Assembly: GCA_964016885.1 (NCBI GenBank)
Contig: OZ024741.1
Location: 392,398,001-392,462,000 of the forward strand
Direction of reading: 5' to 3'
DNA length: 64,000 nucleotides
From: Eledone cirrhosa
Lineage: Eukaryota
Made by a program: the position numbers and the translations under genes. The notes beneath the pieces are model-generated. The model did no database searches. It saw only the letters and a list, made by a program, of their open reading frames with translations, and was not told the DNA's origin. This document shows, one piece after another, positions 13,287-27,639 of this stretch; position 1 is the first letter of the stretch, and each line of letters opens with the position of its first letter.

Positions 13287-14822
13287 CATATATATATACA
13301 AAGAATAAATAAAAAGAAATTAGTATCAGGGAGCTGCAGGATCTAGGCTCCAAAAGCTCTTTGAAATGAATCAACACCATTGAAATTATAATTGGTATTT
13401 TTTATTATGGGAGTCAACCATATTTTCTGTATGGATCATGAACTAAAAAATTAGTTTTAGTAGTATATTATTAAATGAATAATCACATCACTGTGTTCAT
13501 GAACAGGTGGAATAGTTTTCACTTAATATTATCTTTGATTAACAGATAAGTAATAAATAATGCTGTAGCAAAAGCTCCCAGTATCTAGGTACAAAGAGGA
13601 GAATTTTGTCATTCTTACTCTAATTAACAAGCATAATAGGCCAGAGTAAATATTGTGTTTACCTACAAACTTATAACTAACAAGTGATGCATTGACACCA
13701 GGAAATAAAGCTATAAGATAAATGTATAGCAGATTCTAGTTGAGTTGTATATTATTAAGAACGATATGTAATTTTTCAACCTACTAGGCCCATTTGTAAT
13801 ATGAAAAACTAAAAAGCTTTGGAAGAAGTAAATAATTATTAAATAAAATTATCTATATCAGAATAAATAATAAGTTAAAGGAAATCCATTATTTCATCAC
13901 ACTGGGAAACAAAAATATCAAATTAATCCAGAATTTGCTTCTATTTGTGAAAACAGATAAACAAATTTTTTCCAAAACTTTAGGAACAAAAATTCTTTTT
14001 AATGAAAAATTATTATAAAGAAATAAAATAGAAAATGAAATGAAATAAAATAAAATAAAAGTTCAACATCCACTTTGAATAGAAAAAATGAAATGGGTTA
14101 TTAGTAATGTCAATGATTAGAGAACAAGTATATTAGTGAAGACGAATGATGGCTTTGATGTTTTATATAAAATTTTGCATAATTATTTCCTTGCAGATAA
14201 AGGAGAGAGAAATGAAAGAAGTTGGAAGCAATTGAGAATGCAAATTACTTAATTTGCAATTATTTCAATTTAAAAGGATTCATCTGATAAAAATAGCCAG
14301 GAAAATATATAAAATTCTCTAATTTCTAATTTCTCACCACACTCTTTTTATGAAACTTAGAAAATACTTCACTATGCATTATAGAATTACAACAAAATAA
14401 CATATACCTAAAATACTTCATAATTTAATTACTCTAAACATATTTTTAATTTGTGCATGATTTCATCTTTGATTTCTTTAATAAAACTGTAAATATGTAA
14501 AATCTGCAGCCAAACAAAGTAGTTAAATAAATTAAATAGACTCTTGAGAAAAAATACCATCAAGATATCTAACTCTGATAGAGGAAAAAAAATGATTTGG
14601 AAAATGTCAAAGAACCCTCAAATTCCTTTTCTTTCATTCCTGAAATCTTTAAAGACTAAAAATATATATTTTAAAAAACATTTTGTTTCTCTAATAAAGA
14701 GAAAGAAAATGAAATATTTTTTTTATTGACATGACTTAAATAAACATATCTTTGTCTCTGTCTCTTAGAAACCATCAGCTTAAATTAGTTAGAAGATAAA
14801 AAGTGCATAGAGAAGACCATAC

Positions 14823-14873
14823 CATCATCCTGCCCTTTTTCAGGCTTAGCTTCGTTTTCTGATGAACTGACAT
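14823..14873 (-). CDS. RyR: Candidate RyR alternative cassette exon (51 nt)
   Basis: gtttacag|ATGTCA...ATGATG|gtatgg; phase 1/1, open in the RyR frame (DVSSSENEAKPEKGQDD); purine-rich; TGCATG just upstream of the acceptor; flanking exons also join directly without it. Confidence 0.55.
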
Positions 14874-15431
14874 CTGTAAACACATGCATGAACCAGAAGA
14901 CCAATTAAGAACTATCAGACATAATTTGGAAATGTTCCAATACTTCCTCTGGTTATGGAAGAACACACCATAGGATCATGATATTTCAAAAATTACAAAA
15001 AAAAAAAAAAATAATAAAAATTGTACTTCAGTTGAAATATCAAAGCCTAAGGCCAAAACATATATATTGGTCTGTTGCATGATTTTAAAGTATGCATTTA
15101 ACTTTACATCTAATTTGACAGAGGAAAATACTAAAATATACAATCAATATATAAATAGACAAAAGTTCAAAGTAAATAGAACTATGAATTAGCAAACATT
15201 GTGTGTAATAGTCAGTATAAAGAATGACATATTTTGGAATAAAAAGACAATTATATATATATGTTAGTGAAGATATTAAAATAAAGATATATAATAAATG
15301 CATGTTTTATTGGTATTCATATTCATAATACACACAAACACACACGCACACACACACACACATATATATATGACAACTAATTTATGTATTTAATCAAACA
15401 TTCTGTGTTAAAAATAATGACAAGGATGATG

Positions 15432-15486
<55 letters not shown>

Positions 15487-15499
15487 ACCATGTCAGATC

Positions 15500-16200
15500 A
15501 ACCAAAATTGTGACAGCTGGCATTCGTAGTAAAGTTTAAGATGTTGGCTGTGTTCTTGTTCATGTATGAGGAAGGTGTCATGCAAAAATATTTAGGTGAT
15601 ATGCATATCAGCTATGTGTTGATGTTGGTTTTCACACCTCTATTGAAGGTTGTTTTTGAAATCTCTGATCCTGGAAGAAGTGAAAGTTTGATTTGATGTT
15701 TTTAAGTTACATCTGAGGTTAAAGAGGAATGTGTGGTTATGTAGTTTGAAGTAACAAATATATCATTAATCTTAATATCTTGAAAGAAAAGTATTGAAGA
15801 TATAACCCAGCCCTGAAGCCCATCAAAGTTGATAGAATGTGAAATAGAATGAATTCTATTAATGCATGCTAGAATGAAAAGTTTTGATAAGAGATTTGCA
15901 ATGCAAGAGATGAAAGATGGATGATAACTCATAAATAAGAAACTTAATTGGAAGATTTTCATACATGACATAGAGAAAACCTTTTTTTATATGGTGTGTG
16001 ACAACATTGTTTTGATCAAAGCTTTGAGAAGCAAAGGCAATAGGCCAGAAGTTGATCTGTTTTGAGTGGTAATGTCTGTTTATGTGGATTTGTATAAATC
16101 CCTACAGAGAGAGAAAGATTGAAGGGATTTGTGTTTAGATGTGCAGGAAAATGTCAAAAACACCATTAAAACTGACGGCTTTGCAGATCCTTCTGAAGGT
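15500..16200 (-). mobile_element. Highly degenerate Penelope-like RT remnant
   Basis: Traces YTNPH (cf. LYTNIPH), CIANLL and KINDIF (cf. RYIDDIF) in the expected order on the minus strand. Confidence 0.35.
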
Positions 16201-16705
16201 TAAACTGTATTTCTATGTAAACTATGATACATGTTACAAATCTTCAAACTCAACAACTGTAAAAAATAGTTTTATTGAATAGTGTTTTCCTCATTTAATA
16301 AAATCAGAAAAAAATTGATGTAGAGTTGTATTAATCAAAACTGAAAATCAGCTTTGAATTATTTCTGTATTAACCCCTTTGTTACCATATTTCTAATGAA
16401 AAACAATTAATTCCCTATGATTTTCAAATAATAAAAAAAAAAAAAATCAAAATAACTTTCTTATTATTAAGCTGGTGTTTCTTACATGAATTTACGATGG
16501 AATGTTTTTAGATATACATAAACACTTTAAAGTAAACAACTATGTGTTTTAAAATAGATGTTGTTTTAGGCAGTTTGGTATCAAAAGAGTTGAATACTCA
16601 CAAAATTTAAAGTATGACAATATCGACAGCAGACTCACATAATGATCTGAAAACGTTTTACATCTGTCAATTAAAAAGATGTATTCAATTAGTTTTAAAA
16701 CTTAC

Positions 16706-16854
16706 CTTGTGCTTCCAAAGAATGTTCAGCAATGTTTCCTTTAATGCCATACATAACTGAAAATTTATTAAATGTATTGAGGTGTGGCTCCAAAAATGCC
16801 ACAGGGAAGCAGCTTGCAAAAGCCCCAATGCACTCACCAAGAACAGGTCGGTGT
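16706..16854 (-). CDS. RyR: RyR exon 12
   Basis: cttcag|ACACCG...CACAAG|gtaagt; 149 nt, phase 2/1; [26 protein letters not shown]...IAEHSLEAQ. Confidence 0.96.
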
Positions 16855-17649
16855 CTGAAGATTTTCATGATACACACAAATAAAAAAAATAAAAAAATAA
16901 CATTAGATTTCATTTAAAAGAAAACAAAGAGCAGAAAATGAAAGCAAATAAGTTTAATAATATTCTGAATTGGTTATTGTTTCCTCCAGAAGACAAATGA
17001 TCTAAAAATAAAATAACTCAATAGAATATAATTTTAAATTATTTCCATTATAATGAAATAATATAGGATAAGAAACAAAGATTTAATATGAGAGGGAACC
17101 GTTTTGAGAATATTGCACTGAAACACCATCCTCTTTAATGCAAAAAAGATATTGAACTTGCTTACAGTTAAGAAATTTCAACCATGACATTTCTTTATCA
17201 ATGAGAATAATATACAATTGTTTTAGTTAGTAAACAGATAACAAAGTTGCTTTTAAACATAGCTTTAGCTAAATATGTTAATAAATTAATACAGTTTTCA
17301 TTATTAAAATATCTTTGATTTTATGAGAAATAATTAACAACTTAATATTTCTGAAAGTATATTTTATATACAAAAATTAACAATTTTTTTAAAAAGCACT
17401 ATAAATTAATACTTTATGAAATCATTAAACATAATTATAACGCAAGAAAATCTTTACTGCATAAAGCAAGTAGAAAGCTGGTTTAGTAAGAAGTGAGATT
17501 GAATTAAGGCACAAACATCTGTCAACATTAAGGAAAATAACTACATGGAATACTTTTAGCAAATTAAAAACAAAAAATACAAAATGAAATAACATGCAAA
17601 AATGATAGACAGTTAAAAACAGTTCTAACTGAATAAATTGTGTTGTTGT

Positions 17650-18085
17650 TATTATTATTATTTCTATTATTATTTTGATTGCACATCATTACTGTTTTAC
17701 CGAGCACAGCTCTGTGGGCCTTGGGTATGCACAGTGTAGTTTTTGATGATGTTGTTTATTATTATTGTTCTTTGAGTCTCAATCATTGATGTTATTTAAC
17801 TGGAAAGTTTGTTGAAATGAATATCAAGCCACTACCAGCAGCCTCAGATATTCAGGACGTATCGGAGGGTTCTTGCTGTTCCCAGGAAGCATGCCTTTTG
17901 AAGTGTTCCAAAAAGCGGGGCTGGACTAATCTTCTTTAACCATCCTTGGAAACTCTTTGAGATAGTACCTAGTGCTCCTATGACAATCGGGACAACCTTG
18001 ATTTCATGGCAGTTCCGAATCCTTTTTAACTCCCACTTTAAATCCTGGTATTGGTTAATTTTCTCCCTCTCCTTTTCTTGCACTC

Positions 18086-18086
<1 letters not shown>
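17650..18086 (-). mobile_element. R4/Dong-like non-LTR 3' end (restriction-like endonuclease C-terminus)
   Basis: EKEREKINQYQDLKWELKRI...VVPIVIGALG...LQKACFLGTARTLRYVL; flanked by (TAA)n. Confidence 0.8.
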
Positions 18087-18132
<46 letters not shown>

Positions 18133-18224
18133 TTTGTTGTTGTTGTTACGTACTAGTCAATACAGGGGATGATTTAATTGACTAACCCCGCCCCCAAAAT
18201 TGCTGTCTATGCTTAAATTAATGG

Positions 18225-18440
18225 AGAAGGTGGGTAAAATCATTATGGCATTGGACAAAATGCTTTGCAGTATTAGTTATGGCCTTTTATATTCTGAGTT
18301 CAATCCCACTGAGGTAAACTTTTCTTTCATTCTTTTAGGGTTGATAAAATAAAGAACCAGTCAGACACTGGTGTCGATATAATTGAATTTCCCCATCCTT
18401 CAAATTGCTGGCCTTGTGCTAAAAGTAGAAACAATTATTT
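18225..18440 (+). mobile_element. SINE family A, older variant
   Basis: gagttcaatccc...tttcattcttttagggttgataaaataaag...gctggccttgtgctaaaagtagaaacaatt. Confidence 0.75.
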
Positions 18441-18900
18441 TTATTGTGCAACATTACCGAGCACAGCTCTGTGCACCTTGGGTATGTGCAGTGAAGTTTT
18501 TGCTGATGTTGTTTCTATTGTATTGGTAGTACTTTTCGTAATATGTGTGAAGTGCCTAGTAGTGCTATTTTCTGTATGCTGTATATATTTGTAAGTTGTG
18601 GGGGTTTGGTTATGTATCTGCTTGTGTATTTTTTATCATTCCCAGAGCATCTATTATTATAGGAATTGTTTTAGTTTTCAGCATCTGCATATGGGTTAAT
18701 TCTATCTCCAGATCTTTAAAGTTGGATAATTTCTCTATTTTCTTGGTAGATATATTGTCATCTGTGGGGATAGATACATCAATTAGAGGACAACTTTTAA
18801 TCTTTTTGGTCTTTGATTATATCTGGTCAGTTGGCTTTGATCTCCCTGTCTCTGTATATTGGCATATTCCAGAGTATGGTTGCTTTTGTATGGCATCCAA
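18441..18900 (-). mobile_element. R4/Dong-like non-LTR 3' fragment
   Basis: Minus strand gives KPTDQI...LIDVSIP...KDLEIEL...KTIPIIIDALG...KIALLGTSHI (frameshifted). Confidence 0.7.
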
Positions 18901-21900
18901 ACTAATTGCAATAATATGTCTATATATCATTAATTATTATTTAGAACTTGTATTTTAATTAAGGTATTGAAAGATGATATTTTATGTTTGACAATGTTAT
19001 TGAAATATAAAATAAACTAAAATAACCTGTTGTAAGAAAAATATAGTATATCTAAAATAATTCTTCTTTTTAAATTTTTTATAAATATAGAATCCTTATC
19101 ATCATCATTTAAAATCTGCTTTCCTTCTTAGCAAAGGTTGGTTGGGTCATCAGCAGACCAGGACGGTACTCAAAACAGAGGTACTGATCCCACAATGGGC
19201 TGGGAGACTGCATCTCACTTACAAATGTTCCTGCACTCCACTTAGTGCTTAGATGGGCTGGTGGTCTGCAACTCGCTTGCATAAAATCCCTCACACAGCT
19301 GAATACATTTTATCATGACACCAGCACTAGGGATGCTCTTATGTCTTTGACACAGCTGAACAGTCCTCTCAACTCATTGTTTGGTAGATTTTCTATGGCT
19401 GGATGCCCTTCCTATCAACAACCACTTTACAGTGTTTCCTGTGTGCATTTATTTTGTAAATCATCAATACTAGAGGGGTTAGCTGAAGGGTCCTCCTGAC
19501 CCTTTGTCTGGCAAACTTTCTACAGCTAGATGCCCTAATATTTTTATAGAAGATATTTTGTGTTAAAAAATCTATGGACATTAGTTCAAAAAGAAATGTG
19601 AAATATCTGATAAACATTTCTTATTTAGGCATGGGATCTTATGTATGTAAGAATAATAGATGTGTGGTTATAATATGCATACTTAACAATATCAGTCAGA
19701 AGTTACATCTAAAATAAAGCTACATCTTAGAAATCAGTGTTCAAGAACATCGGGGTTCTTGGCATAGAACCTAACATGTATGATAATAAGCAGAGAAATA
19801 AAGTGTTAGAAAAAAACAACAACAAAAAATACTCAAAATCACAAACATATTAAAAGCAATCTAAAATAATTGTAATAATACTTGAACTAAAAATATTTAA
19901 TTTCCAAAACCATTTACTTTCAAAGAGTAAGGCGATGAATAGAATTATAGTAAGCCACTGGCTTGGAAACAAGCTGCAACTTTAAATTGTATGGCTCTGA
20001 ATTCCATCTAAAATACATACATTGGTGTTATTTCACATTGTAATTCATAATTTGCTGCTTTAATTTAAATATAATTTGAATAATTATAAAATATGCAATT
20101 TGAAATAGGACAAGGAAGGCAAACAATAAATAGCAAAACAAAATAACAATGGCAAGAATATAGGTGGAATAATGGTGATAATTGGCTTTGCAGCAGTGAG
20201 ACAACAATGAAATTTATGGCAGATTCACAAATATTGGAATAGATGTTTTGATATACTTGTGTATCTAGAAATATTTGAAGAAGTGTGTCTGAACTAAAGT
20301 AATCTACCCTTATCCAACAATTTGATGTACCAAGCTGACTAGATGTTTTGTGCAGTGCATCAAAAGGAGAGAAAAATGTGAGAAACTGAAAATATTGGGG
20401 GAAGAGGGAATAATAAAAATGGTGATGCTTTAACAAATAATGTATTTTTAAAAAATCTTATAAAAGTACTTTCCTTTTATTTAAAAAATCTTTAATTTCT
20501 TTTATCTTAAAGAAATCTAAAAGAATATGTAATTTAATTTGAAGCTATTTGTTGGTTAAAAATTACTTTGTCAAGCTATTTATAACATTAATTAAATGCA
20601 TTTAATTCAAATATAAAGTTTGTAATATCCCAAAGAAATATTGATATGCTGTTTGAGTCTGATTCTTGAAAAGCTGAAAATTATATAGAGTTATTTATTA
20701 CATTAGTTTTAAAATACAGCCACTAAGTATGAATCTGAAAAGTTTTTTTATCCAAATAGGAAATGTTAAAGTACAATTGATATTGTTCCAAATTAGAATG
20801 CTTTGTTCTGATTGTACTAATGATCAAATATGTTATTTTATGAGAGACAAAGGTGAAATAACATAAAAATGGACATACAGTAATGTATAAGAGCACATAA
20901 AGGCATGTAAAGGTTAGTGTTTAGCATTAAAATGATAGTCTATTCAAGGTTCCTAGAAAATCTGATGACTATGTCTGATAACATAGAATTGTAGATTCAG
21001 GCAAGAAAGATAATACAATAGAGGTGAACGATATGTTTATGTATAATAAGCATACGCAAGATATTTTTGCTGAAGGTACTTTATGCTGTAATCATATTAC
21101 AACTACCCCAGTAATCATGAGAAAATTGCCAAATATTAGTTTTTCAACATTTTTATTCACCATCAGTGAACAATTACTCAGTCAGTATTCAGACAAAGAA
21201 GCATATACAATATGTTTATGTATAATATGCATAAGACTCACTGTTGGTACTTTAAGCTGTGGTCATGTCACAGGAATCATGTGAGAACACCAAATACCAG
21301 TATTTTGGGATCTTTATCTATCATCAGCAGTGATGTTTTACCCACTGAGTAAGTAAGCTAATAACTTATATATAGATTTCAGAGATGCTCATTTGCATAT
21401 AGTGCAGGCTTGATGGGCTAGAATTAATTAACAGTAGCACAAACACAGTGTGATTCAGAATTGAAGAATATTTTTGAAGTAGTTGTGATATGATCATAAG
21501 TTAAAATACCAACAGTGAGACTTATGTTTTTTATGCATAAACATATTGTATGTTTCCATATATACCTCCATTGTATTTACTTATTTACTCCAGTACCAAG
21601 AAAATGTCATTGATGATGGATAAAGATCTTGAAATACTAGTATTATTTGGTATTCTCACATAATTATTGAGGTATTTGTGATATGATCATAAGTTAATAT
21701 ATCCACAGTAAGACTTATGTATGTTTATTATACACAAGTAACTATACTTATTATACACAAGAAACTATATCTTTCCATATATGACTTTATTCTGAACCAT
21801 GCTGTATTTGTGCTATTGCTAATACATAATAAAATGTCTGTAGTGGATTTAAAGAAATTAATATCTATTAGTTGGAAGTCCACTGACATTTCCAGTCAAC

Positions 21901-24900
21901 TATTTTAGAAGTGCTGTTATATAAACTGCTGATCCTATTGTAATAGAGATAGGTGACAATCAGTAAAGATATAAAAAAAGTTGTACAATGAAAATGTGAC
22001 ATATGAACCAGTGGCTTATCAGCTTATCAATCTCATACATTTCGGTTTGATGTTTAAATTCTTTTATACTTTTATTCTTTCACAGGTTTGATCCATTGCT
22101 CTATGATCAAGCTGGGCACCATGCTGAAGGGTATGTTTGGCAATTATATTGAACCTAGCCCTTAGTCTGGTACTCATGTCATTGATCTTTACTTATTGAA
22201 TGAATGAGTTCACCTATTGTGTTTCATACCTTTAAGGAATTACTTTGCTTTAGAGAGCAAATACAACAAGGAATTTAACACAAATATAAAGAAAAATGGA
22301 TCTTCTATTGGTTTTGATAATGAGTATTCCAGTTGTCTGATTAAATGAACTACCTACTCATTGAATTATAATGTAAATGGTTGAGTATTCCAAAGTTATG
22401 TGTACCTTTAATGTAATCCTCAAATAGAATCAGCATGATAGTGTTTGAGAAGACTGGCCTTTTGAATTACAGGTACAGTTTATGCAAGTGGCTTCCAAAA
22501 CCTTTCATCTATTCACTTTTATTCACAAGACTTGGGTTTACTGAAGGATTGAACTCAGATCCACATGGATGCAAAGTAAGCTTCTTAACCATTTTATCAT
22601 GCCTACTTCTTACACAGATTTATATTGGTGTGCTCACATGCATACGCCCCCCCCCCCCACATACTTCTGCACAGTTTTTTATCTATCAAATTTCACTCTC
22701 AAACTATTTGTTAATCCAAGGCTGTAGTAGAAGATATTTACCAAAGGTGCCATGCAGTGGTACTGAACCCAGAACCACATGGCTGTGAAATAAACCTCTT
22801 AACCACACAACTATATCTGTACACATAGTGAGAAATAAACTATAAAATACCTTGCTTGTGTGGTTAAAAAGTTTGCTTTATGACCACATGGCCCATGAAT
22901 CCTACTATCACCTCTAGTTGACTAAAGGCATGTGAGTGAAATTTGTTCAATAGCATCTGTGAGGAAGTCCATTAGGTGTGTATTTTGGCATGGAATGATA
23001 GATTGGTAAAAATGGGACATAGAAAAATAACTGTGCCATTTGAATCTGTCTTGATTACTGATTATGTCACTATGTCCCCTACTGATTCTGACTTTCATCC
23101 TTCTTCAAAGTTGATAAGATAAGTATGAGACAAAGCTCTGGTGTCAAAATAGTGAACTAAATACTTTGAAGAAGTGTCCTGTTATGATCAGAGGCAGTGA
23201 ATTCAAATGAAAGAATAAAACAATAGCTGATAATTAATCTCTAATAACTTATGTTCTACTGCTAACATATCCAGGATTAATTAAAGGGAGGAATTAAGAC
23301 TCAATTTAAAATTACGCAACAGGATGTTCAAGTAGCAACAAAAAAGACTATGGATTTCCAAAAATAGCAGTACCTTATTTCTAATGATGTAAATATGCTA
23401 AATAAATCTGGTCTTAACTTATTTACTTAATTGACATAACACATCACATGACATGAGACCATCCACAGTCATGACTGTCAGTGGGTTTGCACCTGGAAAG
23501 TTCCTCTCCAAGTCATGAGTCTGGGAAATGTGTGTCATAGGGTGATATAACCTGGTACTAGTGTTAGCAACTAATTTTTACCAGCAGAGTGGACAGGAGC
23601 AATGTGAAATAAAGTGTCTTACTCAAAAACAAAATGTGCTGCCTGGCCCAGCAATAAAATGCACAACTTTGGTGGTAAAAAAAATAGTTTAATATTGTAA
23701 CATGTAGAATGATTTATCAGATAATGTCAATGTGTATGAACATGAAGCAACAAATGAGATGAGTGAAAAACTGGGAAGAAGAAGAATCAGATCTAGTGTC
23801 CAATAAAAATAATGCTGGTATGGATAGGAAATGCATATGGAACATGACAGCTGGGTAAAGAAGTGCCTAGAAATCTTAATGGAATAAATCTACAGAAGAG
23901 GAAGAACTAGGTATGATGTCTGTATGAAATTATTTCTAAAAGTTTGTATTGAGGACCAGACATAATCCAGAACATACATAAAAAATCTTCTTTCTGTAAT
24001 CTGTTCAGATTTCCTTTGATATAAAACTCATAAGAAACAAATCAGAATTGGAAATTGGCAGAAGATTTCTAGTTTAATATGCATGATATAATATCAAAAA
24101 CTGCAAAATTAGATATAGATGTAATTTTTCTTTTAAGGGTATTAAAAGAAAGGATTCATTATCATTTGAAAAATCAAAAGAACGTCAACTCATTATAACA
24201 TTTAAAAAATTTTGTATGTTAAGAAAAATTTGGTTCATTGGTGATTCATAAATTCAGAAGGAAATTAGAGACAAAATTAAAGATAAATGAATTAACATAT
24301 TTCATAATCAATTTCAGTATGTACTATACAATCTCAAGCAAAAATAAAAAAAATATCCATTATGCATTTAATAATTGTAATATCAAATTGGAAAATCTTC
24401 AGATTTAAAAATGGATAACAGAAAAACAAATATTACATTTAAATCAGACAAAAGAAAAATAGAAATATTGCTATGGAGATATTAAAGTCTGTATATTTAT
24501 AACTTTTTTTGATAAATGTTTCTGAAGTATTTATGAGTTTACTATACAGATTGATAATATTTTTAATGGTTACCATAGAGCCTCAATAACAGATATTTGC
24601 AGACTTAACACATATTTCATGTTTCTTTTTCCTTTAAAGTCAATTCATTTCACTGTCATGCTCAGATCCTCTATTCCTATTTAGAAACATGTCCATAGAC
24701 TGGAATCAAACTCAGAACCTTATCTTTAATGCAAGAATTTAATTCTTTTCAGCACTATGTGACAGACTTACAATGATTAAGATGAAATAGATAGTCTAGA
24801 TAGTTTTTATTACTTAATCTAAGAAATTTTGATAAATAGTAGAGTTCTTTTTTCTTTTAGATAACATTAAAATACTTTTGACATTTAATTCCTTTCATAT

Positions 24901-27266
24901 AAATATTTTTAGACATATAACTATTTTGATGCCAGCTTCTTATCAAAGAAGAATATTATTGGTTGTTTCATATTATACTGGTAGGGTTATTAAAAAATCC
25001 CACAAAACAGTTATAGTCATTTGAAACATTTTTGTTGTTGATCCATCAGGCTAATGATCAAATGTAGTACAGCCATGATCATTCTGTTTTTTATATTTCA
25101 GATATAATATATCTAGTACTATATTATTCAATCCTACTCTTCTTTAAATAGTAGAGTGTGAAAGGAAAATTTGAATGCTATTTCTAGCTCATGGATGTTA
25201 CATATTTACAAAAAATGTGCCAAACAAATGACTTATGAGGGCAGCCTACTTGATCTTAGCCATGTACTACAATACTAGCTAAACAATATTATATATAAAA
25301 TTTTTGTCTGAATTTCTGATACGAGGAATTATTATACATTGATTTATTCAGAATAGTTCCTTCAGTTTTGTTGTTATAGTCACAACATTTTGGTTATTGT
25401 ACATTCCAGCTTTTTTCAGATATCTGCCATATTTGGTAACTTTCTTGGAAATTCAAATCAAATTCTTTATTCAAAACATGGAGGTAGATTGTTCTCATTC
25501 TATTATCTATGCCCATGATATTCTTGTACTACTTGTTTTCGTACTTGTATACCATTTGCTCATTTTATTCAAACGAGAGTATATAGAAATCCACTGACTC
25601 AGCAATTTATTTCATGCCAACCAAGTAAACCACAATACTTAATCAATGCATATGTTCCCATAGGACAATTAGATGATGAAAATTAGGAGCTTTAAACATT
25701 ACTTATTCTTATGGTTTTGGGCTGAATGTTCTTTCTTAATTAAACTTAGAGATGCTAGCTATTGCAAATTAAAGACAAATTTTAATCTATTAACTGAGAG
25801 AAAACAGCTACAGATTCTGAAAAAGAAATGGGGATAATTTCACATTGAACAAATACAGACAGTTGAATCAATGTTATAGTAGACTAGCACATAAGAGTGG
25901 TCTTCTCCAAATTTCCAAAGATAATATTCTACTAAGATCTATAATCAATTGTTAGAGCTCAGCATGCTATCTGCTGATATAAGGTTAGTTTCAGGCAGTT
26001 TCATATTAAAAGGGTTACAGATGCTTCTATTTATTCCAGCCAAATGGTGAGCTTAAATGTGATGAGCCTATACTTGCTTTACCAGGAAGTTGTGCAAGTA
26101 CTACAGAATTATGTGAACTCAATAATACCTTTAATGTAGTTAACAGAAAAAGAAAAAGGACAATAAACTGGCCAATAACACAGAGAGAGAGTGGATTTAT
26201 AACATCTAGTTATCACAAACCCATATTCACTGGACAATAACTGAACTTTGATTCTCATCATGCATACATGAAGAATGCGATTATTTACAGTCAACAACAC
26301 TAAATATAACTCATAAGCAGTGACCCAAACGTCATACCAACAAGAGATGATTGGGATTAGAAAGAGCTTTTGATTAACAACTACCTTGTAAGTATAGCAT
26401 CCAATTTCTAAGAATAAAGGGCTGTGAACATGAGTACAAAACTGTCTTACATTGGAGGCATGTTATAGATATGTAGTCTCTATAACATCATGGTAGAACT
26501 TAAAAATAGGTCTGCCCATTACAGATATATCTCATAAGGAAATCCTCCATTAGAAGAGACCTAAAATCTGTGTGTAGTCCATCCCATGCAGTTGTAGCAG
26601 GGAATATAAAAGTCAAATCAGATGTTCTCTAAAAGTGGCATGACTGAAGATTTGTGAAAGGAAAAGGAGAGTCACCAGCTATTGAAATATAGCCAAGGTA
26701 ACAAGTAAGGAACATTAGACAATAAGATAATCAAAAGAATCAGCACATATTCTTCGCTGCTGAGATAACCTCCTCCATGGCCTGGAGTATATGTGAACAT
26801 CACATGGGGGCTTTTAATTAAGAATGAAAGAATATTAAGCTTAAGACAATAATAACAATGAGTTTAAAGTTCCTAATTTTTACCATGTAATTGTCCTAGA
26901 GGACATGATGAACATAAGCATTGTAGTTTATCTGGTGGGCATGAGTTCAGTCACTGGCTCAGTAAATTTATATGTAAACAGAACAACCAAGCAACATCAC
27001 AAGTAGCCATTTAAAAAAAAAAAAAGAATTTGGTTAAATATTCTAATATTATTGAATATGACAAGTATCTGACAAAAGGCTGGAGGGGTATAAATGTCAA
27101 AATGTTCTGATTATAACAACCAAGATGAGGACCCTAGTCTGAATTACATGGATATATAAATAAATAAATAATATATATATATATATAATTGAAAATGAAC
27201 AAACAAAACACAGGAGACAACTGTACACAGTTATATTAGGCTCACGCTTGGTGGAAGTGGAGAAGG

Positions 27267-27302
27267 TTTCGACATTTCGGACAGAACTCCTTCATCAGGA
27301 AA
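27267..27302 (-). ncRNA. Minimal type-I hammerhead-like motif (Penelope type)
   Basis: TTTC-CTGATGA-A-GGA-gttctg-TCC-GAAA-T-GTC-GAAA: stem I TTTC/GAAA, intact core, stem II GGA/TCC, GUC triplet; stem III carries T in place of the usual C. Confidence 0.65.
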
Positions 27303-27639
27303 GTTTGGATAGGGGAAGAACAGAAACTCCAAGGAGTAGTAAGGGAGGATTAAGGTGGGAAGGCAAAAAGTAAAAAATATAAAATGAAAAAATAAAAAGT
27401 AAAAGTAAAAATAAAAAGGACAGGTGGGTATAGGTCCAGGTTGGGTGTAGGAAGCAAGTGGGAGAAACTAATGAGGTGGGAAGGGGTGTATCTGTAAATT
27501 CTATATGTGCGAGTGTGTGCGAATGCATGTATATGTGTAGGGCTGGGTGTGTGTGGAAGAGTGTCAGTGAGTGTGTCTACAGGCAGGTGTAAATGTAAGT
27601 GCGTATAAAGTTATGTTTGTGTGTGTTTATCTCTAACAA

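Noticed and set aside
26074-26100. Another 27-nt AG..GT segment as an alternative microexon
   Set aside because: In-frame TAA in the required phase and no similarity to the real microexon; a poison exon cannot be excluded but is unsupported
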